From the NCBI GenBank assembly GCA_963743455.1, contig CAVUPJ010000005.1, forward strand, positions 28,946-92,945: a DNA stretch of 64,000 nt. The letters run 5' to 3'. Source of the DNA: an uncultured Actinomycetes bacterium. Lineage in GTDB: Bacteria; Actinomycetota; Thermoleophilia; Solirubrobacterales; 70-9. Position 1 is the stretch's first letter, and each line of letters starts with the position of its first letter. Shown piece by piece: positions 54,436 to 63,784 of the stretch. The translations under genes were made by a program, and so were the position numbers. The notes below the pieces were generated by a model, which was given only the letters and a program-made list of their open reading frames with translations, was not told where the DNA came from and did not search any database.

Positions 54436-55343
54436 GTGGGAGCGGGTCGCGGAGCAGCCGGCGAGAGGGGCCAGGCGACGATCGAGTGGACCGGGCTCCT
54501 GCTGCTCGTCTCCCTGCTGCTGGTCGCGCTGCTCGCGGCCGCGTCGGGGCGCCTGCCGGTCGGGGATCTGGCGCGGGCCATCGCCGCGAAGCTGGTCTGC
54601 GCGGTGAGCCTCTCCGACGCCTGCTCGGCGCACCCGGAGCTGGTGGCCGCCTACGGCTCGGAGCTCGCCGCCCAGATCGTCGCCGAGACGCCGGAGATCC
54701 TCTACGAGGAGGGGATGACGGCGCTGCCGGTCGACTTTCGGGCCTGCCGCGGGGGCCGCTGCGGGAACGGCCCCGACTCCGGCGCGGTGTGGACGTCCGA
54801 CACGGGCCAGCCGGCGACCGCCTTCGTGCACGTCGTCGACTGCCGCGCGGCCCACGCGGCGCGGGCCGCCGGCGCCGCCGCGACTGCTCCGGGGAGCGCG
54901 CCGGCAACCTCTACCTCCAGTACTGGCTCTACTACGAGGACTCGACCAGCCTCCGCGCCGTGCCCGGAAGGGTCGGTTCGCACGAGGACGACTGGGAGGG
55001 CTACCAGGTGCGGATCGGGCCGGGCGGAGCCGACGCCCGAGCCACCTCCCATCACGGCTACAACTACGACGGCGGCGTCGGGAGCTGGCTCTCGGACGCC
55101 GGGCTCGTCCACCGCTCGGCCTGGGGGCCGTCCACCGGCCGCCTGTACGTCTCGGGCGGCAGCCACGCGGGCCACGTCCACGAGGACCGCGAGCCGCCTC
55201 CGCGAGCCCGCCGGACCCCGGCCGACCGTCTCACCCTGGTCCCGATCGAGACCCTCGACGCAGCCGCTCGCCGCACCCGGTTCGCGGTGGTGCCTCCCTG
55301 GCGAAAGCCGGTCTACCGCGATCCCGAGGATCAGGGCACCTGA
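54436..55343 (+). CDS. Hypothetical protein with TadE-like N-terminus and Vps62/DUF946-like C-domain; frame broken near 54880
   Basis: GQATIEWTGLLLLVSLLLVALL (ORF 54436), then NLYLQYWLYYEDS...HEDDWEGYQVRI (ORF 54408..55343). Confidence 0.6.
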
Positions 55344-55441
55344 TCGTCAGGTGGCCGGGGGAATGGCGCTTTGTTCGCTATATGCGCGAGGAACGCGCCA
55401 CCTGAGCCCGAGATCGCGCGCCGCTGCGGTCAGGGGGGGCG

Positions 55442-55468
55442 TTGACCCGCGGCCCGGGCTGGTAGGTT
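55442..55468 (+). promoter_or_regulatory. Candidate sigma-70 promoter (TTGACC, 15 nt spacer, TGG-TAGGTT)
   Basis: Read directly, about 40 nt upstream of the hydrolase gene. The spacer is short. Confidence 0.3.
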
Positions 55469-55509
55469 CGCACCGAGGCCCCTGAAACCGGGGGGCGAGA
55501 GGAGCGAGG

Positions 55510-57155
55510 ATGCAAAGGACGTTCGCGGTCGCCGTCACCCTGGCCGCACTCTCTCTGTTCCTGCTCGCCGCGTCCACGGCCGGCGCGGCGGTCCGAACGG
55601 AGTTCTTCGGCATCGCCCAAGGACAGCTCGATCCCCAGGACCGCCAGGGGATGGCCGCCGCCCGGGTCCAGACGGCCCGCTTCATGCTCAAGTGGCGCGA
55701 CATTGAGCGGGTCCGGGGCTCCTACGACTGGAGCGAGAAGGACCGGATGATCGGCGGCCTTGCCGTGAAGGGAATCCGGTCGGTCCCGTTCGTGTGGGGG
55801 TCGCCGGACGTGGGTGGGCAATGGGACTGCCTGGTATCCCCCGACGGCAGCGCGGCCGAGAGACAGGCATGGCAGAACTTCCTCAAGGCGGCGGTGGGGC
55901 GCTACGGACCCGGCGGCAGCTACTGGTCCACCAAGTACGAACAGGACTACGGACAGAGCGCCACGCCATTGCCGATCCAGTCCTGGCAGATCTGGAACGA
56001 GCCCAATCTGAAGAAGTACTTCGCGCCGGGGTCGACGACCCTGCAGGCGAAGGCCAATAAGTACGCTCAGCTGCTCGCGATCTCCCACGACGCGATCAAG
56101 GCCAAGGATCCGCAGGCCACAGATCGTCCTCGCCGGAATGCCGAGCGTCACGCGCGCGGACGGGAGCTCGAACGCCCTGGACCTTCCTCAACGCCCTCTA
56201 CAACGTAGCCGGGGTCAAGGCGGACTTCGACGCCGCCGCCCTGCACCCCTACGGGTGCAACCTGGATGCGGACTCCGCACGGGGATCGTCAAGGTTCAGC
56301 ACGGTGATGACGAACCACGGCGACGGGGCGACGCCGCTGTGGCTGACCGAGTTCGCCTGGGGATCGGGGCCCCCCGACCAGTTCTGCACGAACAAGGGCC
56401 TCACGGGCCAGCGGGACCTGCTCGTCAGCTCCTTCAGGATGATCCTGCAAAACCGCAAGACCTGGAACGTGCAGCGACTCTTCTGGTTCCTGTGGCGCGA
56501 TCCCGAACCAGGGTCCGCCTTCGCGACCTACTGCAGCTTCTGCGGCACCGCGGGGCTGCTGCGCCACAACCGCACCGCGAAGCCCGCCTACACCGCCTTC
56601 AGGGGCTTCACGGCCGAGACCACGCGGCCGGTGGCGAGCATCACCGCGGGGCCGGCCCAGGGGAGCTTCACCAACGACTCGACCCCGACCTTCTCCTTTG
56701 CCTCAAACGAGGCCGGCTCGACCTTCGTCTGTCGCTTCGACGCGAGCCCCGTTCACGGCCTGCTCATCGCCCTACACCCGGGCCGCGCCGCTCACGAACG
56801 GCGCCCACACCTTCTCGGTGAAGGCGATCGACGCCCCCGGAAACGAGAGCGCGATCGTGTCGCGATCCTTCACCGTCGACACCGTCCCGCCGCAGACCAC
56901 GATCACCTCCGGGCCCTCGGGCTCGACCGCGGACAGGACCCCCACCTTCACGTTCACGCTCCAGCGAGCCAGGCTCGACCTTCCGCTGTCGCTTCGACTC
57001 CCAGGCGTTCGCCCCCTGCTCGGGGCCGGGCGCCAGCCACACCCCCTCGACCCCGCTCTCCGTCGGCAGCCACAGCTTCGACGTCACGGGCCATCGACAG
57101 GGCCAAGAACATCGACCCGACGCCCGCCAGGCGCACGTTCACGGTCGCTTTCTAA
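55510..57155 (+). CDS. Secreted clan GH-A glycoside hydrolase (GH5/GH39-like) with C-terminal Ig-like repeats; frame broken at least 5 times
   Basis: Signal peptide. SWQIWNEPN catalytic motif (ORF 55510) and LWLTEFAWGSG (ORF 56304). Repeats TPTF.F...GSTF.CR.D...HTF.V.A.D..GN occur in ORFs 56304 and 56698. Confidence 0.75.
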
Positions 57156-57309
57156 GGCAGGGCCGCCGAGGAATGTATGCCGCACCAGATGCGGCTGCTG
57201 GGCATCCCGTAGTGGCGGTTCTTCGTTCGCGGCCTGGCCGTCCGTTCCCGCGAAGCGTCGGCGGCTACCGATAGCTCCTCGCGTCCCTGTGGACTAAGCA
57301 AACTCCCAA

Positions 57310-57384
57310 GACTGGGGGGGCTACCAGGTGCGTATCGGGGCGGGCGGAACCGAGGCCCGAGCCACCTCCCATCACGGCTACTAA
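57310..57384 (+). pseudogene. 72-nt fragment duplicating 54990..55061 of the DUF946-like gene (encodes DWGGYQVRIGAGGTEARATSHHGY then TAA)
   Basis: Hand alignment gives 67 of 72 nt identical with no gaps. There is no ORF context on either side. Confidence 0.7.
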
Positions 57385-57399
57385 TGCGATATGGGACGA

Positions 57400-57424
57400 G
57401 AAACCGCTATTTCAAGCGGTTTTC
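57400..57424 (-). terminator. Hairpin AAACCGC-8-GCGGTTT just downstream of the integrase remnant
   Basis: Read directly, 35 nt past the stop at 57459. Confidence 0.35.
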
Positions 57425-57458
57425 GCTTCCAAGCGGGCACGAAACGGTCACGAGCGGG

Positions 57459-57647
57459 TCACGCAAGGGCCGCTGCCACCCGCTCAGCCGCCACCTCGTC
57501 TGACTGCGGGAGCAGATGCGCGTAGGTCGAGAGCACCGTCTTAGGGTCGTCACCGAGCCGCGCCGCGACGATATGCACCGGCACGCCAGCGGTCAAGGTC
57601 AGGCTTGCTGCGGTGTGGCGCAAGACGTGCAGCTTGAGGACGCTCAA
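57459..57647 (-). pseudogene. Tyrosine recombinase/integrase C-terminal remnant
   Basis: 62-aa ORF ..LHVLRHTAASLTLTAGVPVHIVAARLGDDPKTVLSTYAHL.. carries the HxLRHT box and the catalytic Tyr region only. No N-terminal or core-binding domains lie upstream. Confidence 0.7.
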
Positions 57648-57875
57648 AGCGGGCTGCGTGACCTTGAGGAGGCGGTCGAGCGGATGAAGAACCCGGAAGA
57701 CCTGGTCGAGGCCGTGGGCCGTATCCGGCGTGCGCTCGCCGATTTCTGACGGCGCGCGAAGCTCACGTGTCCTCTCGGGCTTGCTGTGCCGGGGCTCGGG
57801 CCAGGGGCTCGCTGAGCGTGCTAAATGGGGCAGGAGCGCGGCTGGCTAACGACTACCTGCTTTCTGCGGAGGGGC

Positions 57876-57903
57876 TTGACCGCCCACGGCTTCCGGCTAT
57901 AGG
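57876..57903 (+). promoter_or_regulatory. Candidate sigma-70 promoter (TTGACC, 16 nt spacer, TATAGG)
   Basis: Read directly, 57 nt upstream of GTG 57960. Confidence 0.35.
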
Positions 57904-57959
57904 GTCGGTGCAGAGAAGCCGGTAATGGACCGGACAGCCCGAAAGCACGGGGGGACATT

Positions 57960-59721
57960 GTGGGATCACTCAGGTCCAAGCACGGGCAGCGCGCCAGCCG
58001 GACGGAGTGCAATCCCAAGACGGCCCGCAAGAGGCGCTCCGTCATTGGCGCATCCGCCGCGCTCGCGGCAATGTCCGCGCTCGTGGCGCTGATCGGCGCC
58101 GCGCCTGCATCCGCCGACTTGAACGGGTGTCAGCCCAGCCAGACGATTTCGAATCGCCTCCCGTCGGATCTCGTCGGCGCTTCGTTCACGACGAGCGTCA
58201 ACACAGCGACCTACACGTTCGATTCGCTCGTCGACCGCAACCCGGTGAGATGGGGTACCGGGGCTGATCGAGTACTGCATCTACCCCGGCTCGCAGCCGC
58301 CGGACAGCGTTACGGTGTCGGCCACGGGCGACAACGGCGATGCCTGGGAGGATCCGCCGACATTCGAGAGCTTCTCGTTCGATCGTCCGGACGGCAACCC
58401 GAGCAACATTGGGCTGGACGGCACGACGACGACGATGGGTACCGCCACCTGGAGCGGCGGCGTCCCGCAGAACCAGATCATCGTGCTCCACATCAACGAC
58501 GCCGAGGAGTGCGATGAGCTCTACGGCGGCGACCCGGGTACCTGTTGGGTCCTGCCCTCCGGCGCCGCGCCCCCTGAGACGCCCGACGTGACGACGGCTC
58601 CGCACTTCCAGGATCACTCGCCCGTGCCGATCGACGGGTCCTACCCGAACTTCAAGGCCACGGTGGGCGCGATCGTTCACGACTCGGCCACCGTCGGGGG
58701 CACCAGCAACGGGACGCCGACGGGCAGCGTGGAGTTCAGGAAATTCGACAACGGCGACTGCTCCGGGGAGCCGGCGGACACCGAGACGGTGACTCTGAGC
58801 GGCGGCGCCGCGGATCAGACGACCAACTACGGGCCGATCAACCAGCAGACGACGCTGTCGTTCCAGGCGTTCTACACGAGCAACAACACCTCGAAGTGGA
58901 CCAACGCAAGTAGCGCCTGCGAGAAGCTGACCGTGGTGTGTCAGGTCGCGTTCGCGAGCGAGCGGACCGGCACCGGCGACATCTACCTGATGGAGGGCAG
59001 CGCCCAGACGCGGCTGACGACCAGCCCGGCGGTCGACGGCGAACCTGCCTTCTTCTCCGCGGCCGGCAAGATCGCCTTCGCGAGCAACCGCGCACGGCAA
59101 CTCGGAGATCTACTCGATGAACGCCAGCAACACGGCCCGGACCCGGCTGACGACCGACCCGGCGGTGGACACCGAACCATCCTGGTCGCCCGACGGGACG
59201 AAGATCGCCTTCGCGAGCAAGCGGACCGGCGACGGCGACATCTACGTGATGAACGCCGACGGCACGGACCAGATGCGGCTGACCACGAACGCGGCCGCCG
59301 ACAGCTCTCCCGCCTGGTCGCCCGACGGCGACGAAGATCGCCTTCGCGAGCAAGCGGACCGGCAACGGCGACATCTACGTGATGAACGCCGACGGCACGG
59401 GCCAGAGGCGGCTGACGACGAACGCCGCCGCCGACCGCTCCCCCGACTGGTCGCCCGACGGGACGAAGATCGCCTTCGCGAGCAAGCGGACCGGCAACGG
59501 CGACATCTACCTGATGCAACGGCAGCGCCCAGACGCGGCTGACGACCAACCCGGCGGTCGACGGCGAGCCGTCCTTCTCGCAGTACGCGAGGATCGCCGG
59601 CAAGATCGACTTCGTGAGCAACCGCAACGGCGACCCGGACATCTACGCGATGAACGCCAGCGGTGCCCAGTGGCGGCTGACCACGAACGCGGCCCCCGAC
59701 AGCTCTCCGGACGCTCCTTAG
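57960..59721 (+). CDS. Secreted protein with novel N-domain and TolB-like PD40 beta-propeller repeats; frame broken at least 4 times
   Basis: Signal peptide ...LIGAAPASA (ORF 57960). The body is in ORF 58315... Repeats DG.KIAFAS.R.G.GDIY.MNADGT...RLTT lie in ORFs 58315, 59117 and 59379. TAG at 59719-59721. Confidence 0.75.
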
Positions 59722-59746
59722 TCACGCGCAAAGCCGATTGCCCCGA

Positions 59747-59793
59747 TGGGCGCGGCTGGTTTCGAGCCAGCGACCTCTCGCGTGTGAGGCGAG
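59747..59793 (-). tRNA. tRNA-Val(CAC) 3' half (anticodon arm, variable loop, T arm, acceptor 3' strand); 5' half degenerate, so a pseudo-tRNA or att-type remnant
   Basis: The minus strand reads CTCGC-CTCACAC-GCGAG-AGGTC-GCTGG-CTCGAAA-CCAGC-CGCGCCC-A. Only 14 nt lie where a D arm is expected, and just 5 of 7 acceptor pairs can form. Confidence 0.6.
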
Positions 59794-59975
59794 CGGTCAA
59801 AACTGGTCGCGCGAACTCCGGTACCACCGCGGCGAGTGCCGAAGCCGCGCCGACATCAAGGCGAACCCGAAGCGCGCCGAGTTGGTCCGCACGCGAAAGG
59901 CGAAGGGCCAGCCCGCCGAGAGCGTGGTGATCTTCGCGTGAGCAAGTGCCTCAGAACCGTCGAGAGCAGATAATC

Positions 59976-60008
59976 GGGGGGCGATCGACGCCCTGAAGAT
60001 CGCCCCCC
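59976..60008. repeat. Perfect 11-bp inverted repeat GGGGGGCGATC / GATCGCCCCCC with 11-nt loop
   Basis: Read directly, in a non-coding stretch. Confidence 0.7.
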
Positions 60009-60269
60009 ACCTTGCCAACGCTTTGGTTGCTCCGAAGTTGCTCGAGCTAGCCGGACGTTCCCGGCTTAGGCCCTAGGACCCCGACACCGCCACAAGCTGG
60101 GCACGGCTCAGGCCGACCGCGCGTCTCGCGGATCGGACGCTTGCCGGAGCCGCCGCACCGGGTGCAAATCGGACTGGGCGGCAATCTGCGTCGTCGACGC
60201 TCGCGGGGTGTCACGAACGTATGTTCGCATAGCCCCGCTCAACCGCTCAGCGATACGCTCCTACACCGG

Positions 60270-60428
60270 ATGCCTCGCTGGCTCGCGTACATCCTCCTGG
60301 CGCTCACCGTGGCCGCTGCGGTTGTGGTCGTCGCTTCTGGCAGCGGGACGCTGACGCTCATCGCCCTCGTGGTGGTGGCGTTGGTCTGGACCTTCACGAT
60401 GCGGCGCTTGCGCAGTACCGCGAAGTAG
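60270..60428 (+). CDS. Hypothetical 52-aa 2-TM membrane peptide
   Basis: ATG 60270 within ORF 60141..60428: MPRWLAYILLALTVAAAVVVVASGSGTLTLIALVVVALVWTFTMRRLRSTAK. Confidence 0.35.
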   Translation: MPRWLAYILLALTVAAAVVVVASGSGTLTLIALVVVALVWTFTMRRLRSTAK

Positions 60429-60596
60429 CTGTTCACAGGCCCCTTAGACGAAGCCGAATCCGACCGCTTGGCGCGGCCACGGATCGGCACTCCTGCCGAA
60501 CACGTCTCAGGCGATGACCGTTACCGCCCCGATGTGCTCGCCGTGGAGCTTCACGAGGCAGTGACAGCGGTGCTGCAAGCGCGAAGCTAAGCGCCC

Positions 60597-60625
60597 TTAC
60601 TCCCGCAGCCCAGCGGCTTCGAGGG
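60597..60625 (-). pseudogene. 3' terminal remnant of an NTF2-like gene (..LEAAGLRE-TAA)
   Basis: The minus strand reads CCCTCGAAGCCGCTGGGCTGCGGGAGTAA, matching the conserved 3' end of the array units at 61.7-64 kb. Confidence 0.55.
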
Positions 60626-60630
60626 ATGTC

Positions 60631-60801
60631 TCAGTACCACCTGCCCCGAGCGAAGCCTCCGAAGGCGATCAGCCCAATCAGCACGATGATCAGCCCGATT
60701 ACGAGGCTCCAGAACAGGGCCACCACGATCCCGATGATGACGAGGATGCCTCCGAGGGAGATACCACCAATGCCGCCGCCGCGACGTTCCGGTGTAGCCA
60801 T
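60631..60801 (-). CDS. Hypothetical 56-aa membrane peptide (Gly-rich N-terminus, 2 TM), absent from the ORF track
   Basis: My translation is MATPERRGGGIGGISLGGILVIIGIVVALFWSLVIGLIIVLIGLIAFGGFARGRWY. GGAGG lies 7 nt upstream of ATG 60801. Confidence 0.55.
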   Translation of the reverse strand: MATPERRGGGIGGISLGGILVIIGIVVALFWSLVIGLIIVLIGLIAFGGFARGRWY

Positions 60802-60814
60802 TCTTGCCTCCGGT

Positions 60815-61304
60815 CTAGGACTTCTTGGCCACTGCGTTGGCCGTCTCGGTCACGTCCTGAACGCCGTTCGCGACTCGGCTCACCCGCTGGCCGATTTGAT
60901 CGGCGCGCTTTGCCGAGTCCCCTATCGCCTCGGTGATCTTCTTGGCGTCCACTTTGAGTCCGTTGCGTTTTGGCAGCGGTATCCCGAGCACCTTGCGGCG
61001 GCGTCGTGAGCGCGCGGTCAGCACGGCGGCCCCGGCTACTCCGGCCAGCGCCGCGCCACCGGTAAGCAGCGGCGTCTTCGCCTTCTTCGCGAAGGTCGCG
61101 ACTCCGTGGGCAGCGGTCTGGGTGCCGGACGTGACCGCTTCTTTGACGGCCTGGGCCCCGCCGCTCCCATTCGATGAGGGCCGGGAACGGTTTGCACTCC
61201 GAGTGCGGCTAGCGTTGGACCGGCTTTGCGACGTTTTGCTTGAGCGAGCCCGGGACTTCGAAGATGCCCGCGGTCGCGATGCGCTTTGCTTTCGTCTGGG
61301 CCAT
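60815..61304 (-). CDS. Hypothetical basic/Ser-rich protein with one TM and helical C-terminus; one frame break
   Basis: ATG 61304 follows AAGGAAAGG (MAQTKAKR..). The body is in ORF 60815..61459 (..LLTGGAALAGVAGAAVLTA..KKITEAIGDSAKRADQIGQRV..). Confidence 0.5.
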
Positions 61305-61399
61305 GGTGGCCTTTCCTTGTTGGCTCCGGATTCCATCCCATGCATTTCGATTACCCACGCATTGCGGGCGTAATCGGCGCGAGCTGCTGTTCTACCCAT

Positions 61400-61459
61400 G
61401 GATCGTCGGTCGCCTGCCTCCAACGAGCGCCGCACGATCTCCACGTTCTCCTGCGACAT
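61400..61459 (-). pseudogene. 5' terminal remnant of an NTF2-like gene (MSQENVEIVRRSLEA..)
   Basis: The first roughly 15 codons of ORF 60815..61459 match the array-unit N-terminus; similarity is then lost. Confidence 0.55.
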
Positions 61460-61734
61460 CGCCCGCGCAGTATCGCGCGACCAGGAGGGAGGGTTGCCTC
61501 ATGCGCCGTGAGAATTGAGGGCGGGCCGCCTCGGGATAAGGACGGCCCACCCTCGCGCGAGCCGCCCAGCCGCCCTGCCGAGACGGCCCGCCGAAGTCCC
61601 GGATCATGGGCAGTCGGGACTCACCCGGGCGCCTACCCACGCTCCTCGGAGGGAACCGTCGACGGTGTCTAAACACGGGGCGCCGATTTTGACCATGTGT
61701 ACAGCGCCTGAAGGTGGAAGATGAGGTGAGCACC

Positions 61735-62173
61735 CTACTCCCGCAGCGCGGCGGGCTTCGAGGGCCTGGGCTCGGTCGATGCAACCCCCGTTGGGTCGGC
61801 AAACGACCTTTTGGTCCCGATTTAACGCAGGACGATGTGCTGACGGGGTCATTTTCGACCTTGAGGGTCGCTTTCGAGCCCAACTCCGCGCGCGAGCGTT
61901 ATCGACGACGACTGCATCGTCGCCTTGCATGATGCTCCGTGGCTCGAACCGGAATCCCTCGCCCCAAGCCTCTTGCCAGCTTGGCGACGCCCATGCCCGT
62001 ACTCCGGCATTGTGGCCGCGAAACGTGCCGGGTGTCCGGGGAGTCTCGGGCAAGGGGTCGAAGAACTCGACATCCTCGTCATCTAGACGGCGACCCCACG
62101 CGTCGTAGTCGCATCGGTTGAAGGCATCGAATCCGGCCCGGATCGTCTCCAACGGGGGAATCGCCTGCGACAT
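61735..62173 (-). CDS. NTF2-like (SnoaL-like fold) family protein, array unit 6; frame broken
   Basis: MSQAIPPLETIRAGFDAFNRCDYDAW...FRGHNAGVRAW...FRFEPRSIMQGDDAVVV (ORF 61604..62545). Ends ..AQALEA..LRE-TAG at 61735. Confidence 0.7.
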
Positions 62174-62175
62174 CG

Positions 62176-62579
62176 CTACTCCTCGACTCCCCGGCGGCTT
62201 CGAGAGGCTTCCTCGGTGATCCCAGAAGAACTCGTTCAGCACTGGACCTCTGCCCTTTTCTGAGAGTGGTGGACCTGGCTGAAGCCCGCATCCATCCCCT
62301 TCGAGTCCCGAATGCGCGCCGGTCACGTGCGCTCGCATTCGCGTCACCACGACGTCACCTGCATCAATCAGATCCTCGATCACCGAGTCGCGGCCCACTG
62401 TTTCGGCAAAGCCCTCAAAAGGAGCGCACGGCGTCCTTTCCGCGAAAGTCACGCTCCGGCCAGCCCTCGGCGGCTCGGAGTACCACGTCGTCGGCGCACA
62501 CCCCAAACCACGCATCCATATCCCCCCGGTTCCAGTACTCCGCACCCTTGAGCACCGACTCCACGTTCTCCTGCGACAT
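62176..62579 (-). CDS. NTF2-like family protein, array unit 5; frame broken
   Basis: MSQENVESVLKGAEYWNRGDMDAW (unlisted frame) joins FEGFAETVGRDSVIEDLIDAGDVVVTRMRAHVTGAHSGLE (ORF 61604..62545). Confidence 0.65.
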
Positions 62580-62582
62580 CGC

Positions 62583-62987
62583 CTACTCCCGCAGCCCGGC
62601 GGCTTCGAGGGCCTCGGCGGGGTCGAGGTAACTGCTGTACGCGTAGGATGCGTCCGTTCGGTCTCGGTGATAACGTGCCGGACGCCGGATTCCCACGGTA
62701 TACCGCTTTCCCTCCGGCGCCCCAGTAGCGATTCGGGTCACGACCCCCGATCTTGAGGACCGACCTCGTCTGACCTCTCACTCCGCCCCCCGCTCCCACG
62801 CCTCAGCAGTCGGCTCGAGCCGGCCGTAGCCGTCCCGCCCCTTGGGCCTCGCCCCCCCCGGGTCCCTGGCGTCGTGGACAACACTTGGTCCCGGGTCGAA
62901 CGAAGGCGATGAAGTCATCCAGAGTCGCTCGGTTGAGTGCGTTCTAGCGCCTTCCGCACAGACGATCTCGACGTTCTCCTGCGACAT
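62583..62987 (-). CDS. NTF2-like family protein, array unit 4; heavily frame-broken
   Basis: MSQENVEIV.. (ORF 62778..62987). Ends ..EALEAAGLRE-TAG at 62583. The middle is readable only piecewise. Confidence 0.55.
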
Positions 62988-62990
62988 CGC

Positions 62991-63385
62991 CTACTCCCGC
63001 AGCCCGGCGGCTTCGAGGGCCTCGGCTCGGTTGGTGAACCATTCGGCACGCAGCGCCTTCCCATCGCGGTACGTGACGACCTGCCAGTAGCTCCACGCGA
63101 CACTCGCGCCGCTCGCCTTGCCACGCATCTCGCCCTGCACCTCGGCGGCGACCTTGTCGTCCGCGTCGATGAGCTCGCCAATCTCAAACGCAGCCCCTTC
63201 CCACGGCTCCTGGCTTTCGACGTAGAAGTCCCAGACAGCTTCGGGCCCCCGGATTGGGGCAGATCCGGCCAGTTCGAGGGGGAAGGTTTTCGAACTCCGG
63301 ATCACAGAAGGCCAGCCACGCAGCTTTGTCGCGTCGGTTGAAGGCGTCCAACGCGGCGCAATGTCTCCACGTTCTCCTGCGACAT
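62991..63385 (-). CDS. NTF2-like family protein, array unit 3; frame broken near the N-terminus
   Basis: MSQENVETLRR.. joins ORF 62991..63560 (GPEAVWDFYVESQEPWEGAAFEIGELIDADDKVAAEVQGEMRGKASGASV..YWQVVTYRDGKALRAEWFTNRAEALEAAGLRE). Confidence 0.7.
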
Positions 63386-63388
63386 CGC

Positions 63389-63781
63389 CTACTCCGACAG
63401 CCCGGCGGCTTCGAGGGCTTCCTTCCAGGTCACGTACGCTCCACGCGGACGCCCGGTCGTCGACGAACCGCCAGATCCACGCGACTTCCCGCTGGACCTC
63501 GTCCCGTCGCGCGCGTGGCCCTCGAAGGTGCCCAGCACCACGACTTCTCGCCGACCTCACGTACCAGATCGATCGGACCTGAAGCGACTCCCAGGGCTCG
63601 CGGAAGGTGGTCCAGAATCGACGCAGTTCGGCCGCCCTCGGTAGATCGGGTCCGCTCCCGGGTAGACGCCGGACGTCCGGAACTCGACGTCGGGGTGGGG
63701 CGATCCCAGCCAGGCGTCGATGTCACCGCGTTCCAGCCCTCGAAGCGAACTCCGCACGGCGTCCACGTTCTCCTGCGACAT
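63389..63781 (-). CDS. NTF2-like family protein, array unit 2; frame broken several times
   Basis: ORF 63557..63781 is MSQENVDAVRSSLRGLERGDIDAW..DVEFRTSGVYPGADPIYRGR. The tail ends ..EALEAAGLSE-TAG at 63389. Confidence 0.65.
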
Positions 63782-63784
63782 CGC

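Larger units (their letters stand above)
57310..59793. mobile_element. Putative decayed integrative-element remnant (gene fragment, integrase stub, cargo PD40 gene, tRNA-Val 3' half)
   Basis: Co-location of the four items above plus visibly lower GC. No intact recombinase or matching direct repeats were found, so the boundaries are tentative. Confidence 0.35.

Noticed and set aside
57516-57749. 77-aa plus-strand ORF overlapping the integrase remnant
   Set aside because: Its first half is antisense to the integrase fragment, and it has no motif or RBS. The region is better explained as decayed integrase sequence.
59738-59941. 67-aa plus-strand ORF downstream of the PD40 gene
   Set aside because: It overlaps the tRNA-Val-like fragment on the opposite strand and has no recognisable domain, RBS or coding-like composition.
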